Origin: a virus
IMG/VR virus record: IMGVR_UViG_3300035703_000061
Span: 1 to 64,000 of that record
Length of the DNA: 64,000 nt
Strand: one strand, 5' to 3'
The notes beneath the pieces are model-generated. The model had not been told where the DNA came from and did no database searches. It saw only the letters and a program-made list of their open reading frames with translations. This document shows, piece by piece, positions 9,024 to 16,692 of the stretch. A program made the position numbers and the translations under genes. Numbering within the stretch: position 1 is the stretch's first letter; every line of letters begins with the position of its first letter.

Positions 9024-9208
9024 AAGACGCAACTTCATTCCTGCTGGTAAGCCTTGTCATTGGACTCGGCGCATTTGCCATTGTCGCCTCTCCTAACGTG
9101 ACGGCCAACAAGGAAGGACTTGACAAGTGTCTGCAGCTCCATCCCGAACGCTACTGTCGCATTGCCAATGGCTTCCCCGTGGCAACGCTTGACAGCCAGA
9201 CCAAATAG
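9020..9208 (+). CDS. small membrane-anchored protein
   Basis: ATGA coupling; N-terminal hydrophobic helix; C-x8-C. Confidence 0.65.
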   Translation: MKDATSFLLVSLVIGLGAFAIVASPNVTANKEGLDKCLQLHPERYCRIANGFPVATLDSQTK

Positions 9209-9217
9209 GCCTACAGT
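9189..9217 (+). promoter_or_regulatory. sigma70-type promoter
   Basis: TTGACA-N17-TACAGT. Confidence 0.7.
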
Positions 9218-9300
9218 CCCCTCGGTCGATGGGAAAGGAGCTTCGCAAGAGGCTCCTCCTTTTCTTCCGCTTCCATACCACTCCTGGCGACAGGCTCCTC

Positions 9301-9579
9301 ATGGACAAAACCTCCCGCATCAAACAGTTTATTTTCAATGCTGGCCACAGCATTGTTTCTGTGGAATTTATCAAGGCTGATGGTTCCATTCGTCGCATTC
9401 AATTCAATCCTTGGGACACTAAGGAAATCAAAGGTACGGGCACAGCAGTAAAGAAGCCCAGCATTGTGCGCTGCCGCGACTTCTCCATTGCTCGCAAGGA
9501 AGGGCAAGGTGCTTGGCGTTCGTTTGATTGTGAGCGCGTGGTGAGCATCAAAGCCAACGGTCAAACCCTCGCATTCTGA
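9301..9579 (+). CDS. WYL-like SH3 beta-barrel protein
   Basis: VSVEFIKADGSIRR...D...AWRSF..ERV motif; start taken at ATG 9301. Confidence 0.7.
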   Translation: MDKTSRIKQFIFNAGHSIVSVEFIKADGSIRRIQFNPWDTKEIKGTGTAVKKPSIVRCRDFSIARKEGQGAWRSFDCERVVSIKANGQTLAF

Positions 9580-9582
9580 ACC

Positions 9583-9789
9583 ATGGCTCTCACAAAAACG
9601 CAACAAGCCATCACAAAAATGGTTTCTGACAATGCCCGCCATAAATGGAAAGATTACAGCGCTGATGATCGTTCTTCTGCTCGCTCTTTTATTCTTTCCC
9701 GTGTTAATAAACCCTCTTACAAAAGCAAGAAAGATTTGCTAATTACGCTTGCAAATGCTCTGCAAGATGACATCTGGAAACTACTTTAA
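9583..9789 (+). CDS. hypothetical protein
   Basis: 68-aa ORF in operon. Confidence 0.65.
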   Translation: MALTKTQQAITKMVSDNARHKWKDYSADDRSSARSFILSRVNKPSYKSKKDLLITLANALQDDIWKLL

Positions 9790-9977
9790 TGGCACTTAAA
9801 GATAACAGAAGAGCAATAATTGCTTTAGCTGCAAAATATGGTTTTGTTCTCCATCGCGAGACAAAACATTATATTTTCAAGTATCCTTCTGGCAAGATTC
9901 TTGTTACAAGCAAAAGCAGCTTAGACAAGCGCTTGCTTAGAAATGTTGAATGCAATATAAAGCGATTACTAGCTTAA
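9789..9977 (+). CDS. HicA-like small basic protein
   Basis: AAKYGFVLHRETKHYIFKYPSGKILVTS: helix-beta3-helix with the conserved His. Confidence 0.55.
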   Translation: MALKDNRRAIIALAAKYGFVLHRETKHYIFKYPSGKILVTSKSSLDKRLLRNVECNIKRLLA

Positions 9978-9995
9978 TTCATTCTCTTCAAAACA

Positions 9996-10367
9996 ATGCT
10001 TTCTTTTCTTCTCGCAACTGCCTTGCCCGAACTGCCTCCTGTGCAACAACAATCTCTTTCTAAAGAAGAAATGCTCCTTGAGCGCATCATTAAAGAAGGG
10101 CAAACTGCCTCTGAACGTAAGTTTGGCGATTGCCACTATGCATGGGGCTTCTGGAAGCTTTCGTCTGATGGTGTGAGGACCACCACTCGCCAATGCAAAG
10201 ACGAAAGCGCTCAAACGCCTGTGCCTATTGCAGTGAGCTGCCCTCTGCTTAAAGTGAACGTGCTTCAAGACAAGCAATGGCAGGGCTGGCGGAGTCCCGT
10301 GGCAAAAGGCGCTAAGCCAGGCGAAGCCAATATGGTCGCCGCCCTCTGCGCCAACGTCACAAACTGA
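9996..10367 (+). CDS. putative exported Cys-containing protein
   Basis: Short hydrophobic N-terminus, four Cys. Confidence 0.65.
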   Translation: MLSFLLATALPELPPVQQQSLSKEEMLLERIIKEGQTASERKFGDCHYAWGFWKLSSDGVRTTTRQCKDESAQTPVPIAVSCPLLKVNVLQDKQWQGWRSPVAKGAKPGEANMVAALCANVTN

Positions 10368-10371
10368 GCTT

Positions 10372-10421
10372 TGTAACGAAAAGCTACAGGCCCCGGAAAC
10401 GGGGCCTTTTTCTTGTATTGT
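10372..10421 (+). promoter_or_regulatory. early-gene cassette header 1 (direct-repeat box + hairpin + -10)
   Basis: TGTAACGAAAAGCTACA, AGGCCCCG-GAAA-CGGGGCCTTTTT, TATTGT. Confidence 0.7.
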
Positions 10422-10461
10422 TCTTCTCACAGGCGGCGACGCCTTCCTTCGCTTTCCTTCC

Positions 10462-10842
10462 ATGGCAACCATCAACCACTCCGTCGAGCAGCTCACCGGC
10501 CCTGGCTACTGGACTAAGTTCGAGGGCCTTGAGCGCGTCAGGCTCACGATCACTGTGCCCAACTGGCACGAGCCTTTCCCTTCTCAGCAGAGAGCAGGCG
10601 CCACCAACCCTCGTGAACTGGAGCTGCACGGCCTTCTCCACGTTTGCCAAAGCTGGTACATCAATGGTCCTGTGATGGATCAATGGACCATCAGCACTAT
10701 GTGGGGGCCAATCAAGGTGCCTGCTGGCACTCGTATTGTCTCTGAGCACCTGCCTGAGAAGTGGGCAGCATGGGAGCAGGAAGCCAGCGAAGGCAAAAAA
10801 CAGTGGTGGGCCTATTCCAATGGTCGCACTAGCTTCTGTTAA
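10462..10842 (+). CDS. hypothetical protein
   Basis: 126-aa Trp-rich ORF after cassette header. Confidence 0.75.
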   Translation: MATINHSVEQLTGPGYWTKFEGLERVRLTITVPNWHEPFPSQQRAGATNPRELELHGLLHVCQSWYINGPVMDQWTISTMWGPIKVPAGTRIVSEHLPEKWAAWEQEASEGKKQWWAYSNGRTSFC

Positions 10843-10887
10843 GCATTGTTACAGCGGGGCCGATTACGGCCCCTTCCAAATTATTGT
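10837..10887 (+). promoter_or_regulatory. early-gene cassette header 2
   Basis: TGTTAAGCATTGTTACA, GGGGCCG-ATTA-CGGCCCC, TATTGT. Confidence 0.7.
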
Positions 10888-10908
10888 TCTCTTGTTCGCA
10901 ACCAAACC

Positions 10909-11148
10909 ATGCACCGCCCCTACGAAGGCCACCGCGAAGATCCTTATCTCGCCAAGCTTGAGGCTGATCGTCAGGCACAACACAGTGGCTATGGCATTCA
11001 GCAATATCTGTGTGCCGATGGTTCCCGTAAGTGGGAAGCGTACGGCTGGGAGCGCATTACAGAGCTTTCCATTCGCACTACTTCCTACGGCATCTTTGAC
11101 CACAAGTGGCAGGCTGAACAGTATTTCAACTCCATCATCAACGGTTGA
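10909..11148 (+). CDS. hypothetical protein
   Basis: AAACCATG start after cassette header. Confidence 0.7.
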   Translation: MHRPYEGHREDPYLAKLEADRQAQHSGYGIQQYLCADGSRKWEAYGWERITELSIRTTSYGIFDHKWQAEQYFNSIING

Positions 11149-11150
11149 TC

Positions 11151-11375
11151 ATGCCTTTCCCATTGTCATTTGTCTCTGAAGATGAATATGGCGTGTCTTA
11201 TGCAGCACGCACATTTTCTTCCATTGAAGAACTGTACGATGAAATTAGAACCTTGGAAGAGCTGCTTGATGAAAGCTCCGCCAGCAGGGGCTATATCATC
11301 CAAGCAGCTCTAGACCAGCTCAAACAACTTGCCTTTTCCGTTGAAGACGAGCCCCTTTCCACTTACGACCAATGA
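11151..11375 (+). CDS. hypothetical protein
   Basis: Acidic small ORF in operon. Confidence 0.65.
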   Translation: MPFPLSFVSEDEYGVSYAARTFSSIEELYDEIRTLEELLDESSASRGYIIQAALDQLKQLAFSVEDEPLSTYDQ

Positions 11376-11674
11376 TCACTACCATCCGCACCTACCAAGA
11401 CAACGGCCCGTATTTCTCCTGCACAAGAGGCAGCTACCAAGCTGCCTCGCTCCAGCAGCTCATCTTCCACGTACGACAAGCGATGGAAGACCGTGAGGAT
11501 ACTATTGGCATCTTTGGCCCCGATGGGGCCTGCAGAGGCATCTGGCAGCGTGAGCTAGAGGGGCACGTGGACAGTGCTGGTGATGCCATCGTGGACCACG
11601 AAGGCTATGAGCTGCTTCGCCCTTCTACCAAGGAACAATGGATGTGGAAGCGTCTCCAGGAGCAACTGGCCTGA
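11372..11674 (+). CDS. hypothetical protein
   Basis: ATGA coupling, 100 aa. Confidence 0.7.
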   Translation: MITTIRTYQDNGPYFSCTRGSYQAASLQQLIFHVRQAMEDREDTIGIFGPDGACRGIWQRELEGHVDSAGDAIVDHEGYELLRPSTKEQWMWKRLQEQLA

Positions 11675-11675
11675 G

Positions 11676-11726
11676 TGTTAAGGATTATTACAGGCCTTGG
11701 AAACAGGGCCTTTTGGGCTGTATTGT
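11676..11726 (+). promoter_or_regulatory. early-gene cassette header 3
   Basis: TGTTAAGGATTATTACA, AGGCCTTG-GAAA-CAGGGCCTTTT, TATTGT. Confidence 0.7.
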
Positions 11727-11768
11727 TAGCAAGTCAACGAGGCGCGAGCCCCTCCTGCATTCAAAACC

Positions 11769-12050
11769 ATGACCCGCCTAATCTTCGACATGGCTTCCTT
11801 CAGCTCCACTCAGGGACAATGGTGGAAAGACCTGCGTAATGACAACACTGAGCGCCGTGTGAGTCTCGTAGCCTCCCAGATGGGCTTCTTCCTTTGGACT
11901 GCTGATTTCCGCGAAGCACGCAGCGGCAAGCACATCACGCAGAAGTTCTTTTGCACAAAGCCTGATAGTGAAGAGCCCGTAGCGCTGTTTGAGCACGTGC
12001 AGGATCGTCAAACATGGCTTGAGAAGGAATGGGCTAAGCAGGCCGTTTGA
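11769..12050 (+). CDS. hypothetical protein
   Basis: AAACCATG start; followed by hairpin 12061-12090. Confidence 0.7.
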   Translation: MTRLIFDMASFSSTQGQWWKDLRNDNTERRVSLVASQMGFFLWTADFREARSGKHITQKFFCTKPDSEEPVALFEHVQDRQTWLEKEWAKQAV

Positions 12051-12099
12051 TTTAGCAAAAGGGGCGCCCCGAAGCGCCCCGCTCTTTTCTTGTCTGACA

Positions 12100-12285
12100 A
12101 TGGAATCTCTTGCTGCTTTTGCTGAAGCCATTCTTCAGCTTCAAAAAACCATCGATTCTTTCAATAAAATGCGTTCTGACACAACTGAAGATGAATGGGA
12201 ATCGCTACTGAACACTCCCATTGTTTGTCAATTTATTGATGAGATGGTTGAGCTTGAGAATATTCTTGAAGAGCATTTCTCATGA
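12100..12285 (+). CDS. hypothetical protein
   Basis: ATG 12100, helical acidic protein. Confidence 0.6.
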   Translation: MESLAAFAEAILQLQKTIDSFNKMRSDTTEDEWESLLNTPIVCQFIDEMVELENILEEHFS

Positions 12286-12440
12286 TTCTCATTGATTTCT
12301 TTGATGCTGACTGCTGCAAAGGCACCGAATTGACAGAGGGCTGGTATTGGTATGACGATGATGATGAAAATGGCGTGGGAGGGCCTTATGAAAGCGAAGA
12401 AGCTGCCGTTAAGGCAGCTTTTGATGGGCATGGCTGGTAA
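12282..12440 (+). CDS. hypothetical 52-aa protein (not in ORF track)
   Basis: ATGA coupling; EGWYWY...GGPYESEEAA motif. Confidence 0.65.
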   Translation: MILIDFFDADCCKGTELTEGWYWYDDDDENGVGGPYESEEAAVKAAFDGHGW

Positions 12441-12527
12441 AGCTTAAAATAATTGTTAGCATGGCGAGACGATGCGGGATGCCAGTCCCGTAACGTCTCT
12501 AACCACTGCCAAAAGGACGGTTTGGCC

Positions 12528-13145
12528 ATGGCTAAAAGCAATCATAGCGGCGTACCAGAAGGGTTCAAGGAGATCCCAGGCTACGCAGGCAAGTATTTCA
12601 TCAATGAGCAGGGGCAGGTTTGGAGCGTTGCCAAGCGTGCCTTAATGAGTCAACAATGGGATGAAAAGCATCCTTATCCTTGGTTGCTCTTGCTATGCGA
12701 AGACGGCAAACGCAGGACAATTTGTGTTCATCGTCTCATGGGCAGAACTTGGCTGCCTCTCCCTTCGGGGAAAATTGGATCTAAACGCGGAGAGTACTGC
12801 GTTAATTACAAAGATGGCAATAAGCAAAACAATCATCTAGACAACCTTGAATGGGTGACGGCGGAAGAAAACATAAAACATGCTTGGCGGACAGGGCTTA
12901 ATAAGTCCATTGGAGAAAAATCTCCCTGCGCAAAAGTAAATGCGCTCCAAGTTAGGGCAATACGAGAATTGTTTGCGCAAGGAAGGTCTCTTGATTACTT
13001 GGCTAATTCTTTCGGTCTATCCGCGCAGGGAATTCATGATATTTGCAGGTATCGGCGTTGGAAGCGTCAGGACCATGATTTATTGCATCAAATAAAGAAG
13101 CGTTCATCTTCTATATTCGTTGACGCGATGATTGAATTACTGTAA
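12528..13145 (+). CDS. NUMOD4-HNH homing endonuclease-like protein, catalytic His apparently replaced
   Basis: FKEIPGYAGKYFINEQGQV (NUMOD4), VHRLM, VNYKDGNKQNNHLDNLEW, C-terminal HTH. Confidence 0.85.
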   Translation: MAKSNHSGVPEGFKEIPGYAGKYFINEQGQVWSVAKRALMSQQWDEKHPYPWLLLLCEDGKRRTICVHRLMGRTWLPLPSGKIGSKRGEYCVNYKDGNKQNNHLDNLEWVTAEENIKHAWRTGLNKSIGEKSPCAKVNALQVRAIRELFAQGRSLDYLANSFGLSAQGIHDICRYRRWKRQDHDLLHQIKKRSSSIFVDAMIELL

Positions 13146-13156
13146 AACATCTGAAA

Positions 13157-13285
13157 AATCGGCCAGCCTTGTATCAAGCAAGGCTAGCTTTGTATCACAA
13201 GAAAATTCTGAATCGGCTGGGTTTGTATAATAAAAATTTTGAATCGGCCAGCTTTGTATCTATTGAAATCGGCTGACTTTGTATC
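13157..13285 (+). repeat. five iteron-like direct repeats (AATCGGCYRGCTTTGTATC consensus)
   Basis: Copies at 13157, 13181 (partial), 13211, 13242 and 13267 with AT-rich spacers. Confidence 0.85.
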
Positions 13286-13357
13286 TATAGTGCTATACAA
13301 TTTAGCAACATTATCACGCTGCTGTTGTATTCCTCGCTGCGCATATCCGCATATGAT

Positions 13358-13506
13358 CATACAACGATATCGTTGTATGGCGCATCCCGCATAGCCGCAT
13401 AGTAGTACAGGCGTACTATAGTACAGGCGTACTATGTGCCAATCCTCAATTGTCACATAGTACGTTTGTACCAATAAGCTGAGCCTATATGACAGATAAG
13501 CTGAGC
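13358..13506. repeat. palindrome and short tandem repeat cluster
   Basis: Perfect 22-bp palindrome CATACAACGATATCGTTGTATG (13358-13379); TAGTACAGGCGTACTA x2 (13403-13434); ATAAGCTGAGC x2. Confidence 0.85.
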
Positions 13507-13588
13507 TTATGTTTCGTTTTGTTACAAAAGCTTGCACACGAGATCGCGATATCACGATGCCGTTATGTCGTGATGATACGTTTGCCAA

Positions 13589-13690
13589 TATCACGCTAGC
13601 GTTGTTTGCATTATCACGCTTGCGTTGTTTGCATTATCACGCTTGCGTTGTTTGTGGTTCTGCGCTTGCGTTGTTTGCATTATCACGATG
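13589..13690 (+). repeat. 23-bp tandem repeat TATCACGCTWGCGTTGTTTGCAT
   Basis: About four copies; isolated TATCACG boxes also near 13312 and 13550. Confidence 0.85.
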
Positions 13691-13991
13691 GCGCTATACG
13701 ATGGCCTGATTGCCTGATTGTTGCGGAATGTTGCGATGGTTGACCTATGGGCGGCCCTGGTGATATCTGCGCGCGCGCTTGCGTGCGCGGTTCCTTTATT
13801 GGCGGTTGGCATGTTTGGCGCTTATGGGAGCCCGTACCATGCCCGACCCTGCGGCGTCAATACAACGTCCCGCCATGGTGTGCGGAAATAAAATCGGCCA
13901 CGTTTGCGCACCGTTGCGCCGATCGTGGGATTTATGCTTCTCACATCGGATGGAAGCGATTCCGCCGATCATCTCCAAACCGCTTCAAGCC

Positions 13992-14225
13992 ATGAAGACA
14001 GAACTCGCAGAGTATTTGGCGAACACTGACAGTCGCACCTTTAATCGTCAAAAGGCGCGGCAAATACCAATGCTTACTGATGAAGAATTCTGCGCAGCAT
14101 TCTTGCTGTTTAGCGAGGGTATGCGAGTGAACCCTGAATTGTCGCGCAGTCCCGCAGTTATGGGCGCGCTGAATGCTTTTAGAAATGCAAAGCAAATCAG
14201 CGTTAAGTTGCCCGGCGAACAGTAA
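13992..14225 (+). CDS. hypothetical protein
   Basis: ATG 13992 after a C/A-rich leader. Confidence 0.65.
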   Translation: MKTELAEYLANTDSRTFNRQKARQIPMLTDEEFCAAFLLFSEGMRVNPELSRSPAVMGALNAFRNAKQISVKLPGEQ

Positions 14226-14269
14226 GCAATCCGTCAAGCATTCTGCAAACATTCTCACAAACAAACATC

Positions 14270-15181
14270 ATGTCTACCCTCATCAATTCCCGCGCTAAGC
14301 TCCCCTCCAACCTCGTTGCATTGTGCAAACAATATAAAATCAGCGCCCGTGATTTGCTTAGCACTAACCCTAAAACTGAGAAGAGTAAAGTTCAAACCTA
14401 CATTCTTCACCTTGCGCCTGCAGATACTTCCGGCGTGAATGTTTGCGCCGGTGCTGGTAATTGTCGCAAGATTTGCCTACATTTTGCAGGCAATCCCGTA
14501 TACATGACAAACAAACAGGCCGCCAGAATCCGCCGTACTTTAGCCTATGCTGCCGATCCTCAGAGATTTGCACGGCTGATCGTTTGCGCAATCCTTGGCA
14601 AGCTTGCCAAACATCCCGGCGAATCCATTGCAATCCGCTTAAATGGAACGTCTGACATAGCTTGGGAGAATGTAGATTTTACGATCGACGTAGAGTTTGC
14701 AACATTCTGCCGCCGTAAGTTCGGCATTGATCTGCCAATCGGCAAGCGCAACATTCTCGAGATATTTAATTATATTGCAAACAATGGTGGCCCTAAGGTG
14801 CAATTCTATGATTACACCAAAATCAAGCGTAATTGGGCAGAATGTCAGCGCCTTGGCTACCACCTGACCTTTAGCTTCGACGGCTGGGGCAATGCCGCCA
14901 ATCTTAAAATCTGCCGAGATGCCTTGCAAGCTGGCGTTAACGTTGCCGCAGCGTTCAATCTCAAACGTGGCCAATCTTTGCCCGATTGCATCGATGGCAG
15001 CCGCTTCAATCTCCCGCAGCGTTGTCTCTTTACTGGTGAAGTGCTGGCAGTTCTGAACGGTGACCTTACGGACTTCCGCCCGTCTGACGCAAGCGGCGGC
15101 CACATTGTTGGCTTGCGCTTCAAGTTACCGCACGGCATTAACTACTCTGAAGCCGATAAGCAAGCATTCTGTATTGCCTGA
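14270..15181 (+). CDS. phage Gp88-like protein (CxxxxxCxxxC, radical-SAM-like)
   Basis: LHLAPA...NVCAGAGNCRKICL...IRLNGTSDI...FYDYTK...YHLTFS...GDLTDFR...IVGL. Confidence 0.8.
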   Translation: MSTLINSRAKLPSNLVALCKQYKISARDLLSTNPKTEKSKVQTYILHLAPADTSGVNVCAGAGNCRKICLHFAGNPVYMTNKQAARIRRTLAYAADPQRFARLIVCAILGKLAKHPGESIAIRLNGTSDIAWENVDFTIDVEFATFCRRKFGIDLPIGKRNILEIFNYIANNGGPKVQFYDYTKIKRNWAECQRLGYHLTFSFDGWGNAANLKICRDALQAGVNVAAAFNLKRGQSLPDCIDGSRFNLPQRCLFTGEVLAVLNGDLTDFRPSDASGGHIVGLRFKLPHGINYSEADKQAFCIA

Positions 15182-15243
15182 CAATCAGTTTCCGAGAGGC
15201 TCCCACAAGCGCCCACAAGCGCCCCACAACGAAGCCAGCCACT

Positions 15244-15266
15244 AGGGCCCATCAGGGCCCTTTTTA
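15244..15266 (+). terminator. intrinsic terminator
   Basis: AGGGCCC-ATCA-GGGCCCT followed by T-run. Confidence 0.75.
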
Positions 15267-15549
15267 ATGCCTGCAGGGCTCATAGGATGGGGCACTGGCG
15301 GAGCTGCCAGGATCGGCACAGACTGAAGGATTGGAGAATGTAGGGAATATCCTGACATTTGCAGTGCAAATATCACCCTCAATTCTCAATAAGGCGCGTT
15401 ATTGAGAACGCTCTCACTTTGTAAAGTATTGTGAAGCGGTATCCGTTGACACAGCGCAGTAGCACGGGGGTGTGCGTGTGGGGGGCTGCGGTATATGCTT
15501 CGAAATGTGGCGCCATTTTTCACCTGCTTTTTCGTCCTAGTATTTATAC

Positions 15550-16068
15550 CTAGCACTTGCTCTTTAGCGCGTTAGCCAGCATTTTGATTTCATCTAAAGA
15601 TGCAGAATTTTTAACAGCATTGGCTCTGTGGCTAATGATCCATACATTACCCCTTACATATCCCTTGTTGTTATCAATGCGGTCCAGGGAGGGGCTATTA
15701 GGCAGAGGCTTGGCTTTCATTTCTCTACAACAGGACCATTCCAATGGTGCGCCAAACACGGGGCAATTAGATGTGACAAGAGACCGTACGTAGTCTACGT
15801 CAATGTTGAATTCCATTCCCTTACTTTTAGCTCTAGCTCTAGCTGCACATGTCATGTACATAGTTTGCATTTTTACTGGATTTTGCTTTTCCCACCGAGT
15901 ATTCTTCTCTTCGTGGCAGATTTTGCAAAAACCATCCAAGCCGTCGCGGTTGGCCTTCCGCTTGAAGAACTCAGAAAGAGGCTTGACCATTCCACACTTT
16001 GAGCATTTTTTTTTGCCTTGGCTTGCAAGAGAAAGCTGCTCCGCAAGCTGCTGATTATTCAAGCTCAT
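15550..16068 (-). CDS. Zn-ribbon + HNH-type endonuclease
   Basis: KKCSKC...FCKIC; CPVFG...PSLDRIDNNKGYVRGNVWIISHRANAVK. Confidence 0.85.
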   Translation of the reverse strand: MSLNNQQLAEQLSLASQGKKKCSKCGMVKPLSEFFKRKANRDGLDGFCKICHEEKNTRWEKQNPVKMQTMYMTCAARARAKSKGMEFNIDVDYVRSLVTSNCPVFGAPLEWSCCREMKAKPLPNSPSLDRIDNNKGYVRGNVWIISHRANAVKNSASLDEIKMLANALKSKC

Positions 16069-16162
16069 GCCAGAGTTCAATTTGAAAACACTAACAAGCC
16101 AAAACTCAGTGGCGCTATGCCGAAAGCAAGTCGAAGACGCCGCTTGAGGCATCTCTAGAGAT

Positions 16163-16550
16163 CTCAAGCAATCTTCTAAGCCAATGGAGACGCCCTAAAG
16201 GCGTCGGAATGATGCACCAATAAAGCAAGCGCCAACGATTCGCGCATTTCTCCTTTCCATCGTTCTTAATGCCAGAAAGCGGCCCTTAAAGGGGCCGCTG
16301 CTCAGAAGATGAAGATGGAAACCAATGATTTTTCGCTTTTCCCAGCAGCAAGCACACTTTCAGCGACTCATCACATGAGACTGAGTCAGCTCTTGATCTT
16401 CTAACGCGGGCCTTTTATTTTCGCCGCTTGTCTAGAACGCTCCGCCCTTTGGGGGCTTCGCTGGTCTAGCTCATCGCGGCTAGCTTAGCCATTGTCAGTA
16501 GACGCTCCGTTCCTTTGGGGAACTCCGCTCGCTTGAGGCGCTGGCTTGAG
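16163..16550. repeat. three more copies of the GNA/GNA hairpin element, facing each other
   Basis: + copy 16184-16210; - copies 16439-16461 and 16504-16528; CTCAAGC boxes at 16163 (+), 16531 and 16544 (-). Confidence 0.8.
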
Positions 16551-16692
16551 GAGCGTCGTCTAGCCAGGAAGCTGCTTTTAGCCCGCATGAGGCCGCAGCT
16601 TCGCTTACGTCTATCGTAACTCACGCTGTTGGGAGCTGTTTTGTCCCTGTTGTCCCGATCCTGTTACAGTAAGGACTCTCAGCGGAGCAGGC

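Noticed and set aside
10372-10388. NtcA box
   Set aside because: The spacing is GTA-N9-TAC rather than N8, and the sister boxes are direct repeats.
13150-13700. CRISPR or other guide-RNA array
   Set aside because: Repeats are adjacent or irregularly spaced with no unique constant-length spacers, and no cas-like gene is nearby.
16498-16530. REP/RAYT element
   Set aside because: Only one copy begins with GTAG, and there is no HUH transposase in the window.
15550-16620. IscB/HEARO (OMEGA) system
   Set aside because: The protein lacks PLMP and split RuvC motifs and is too short.
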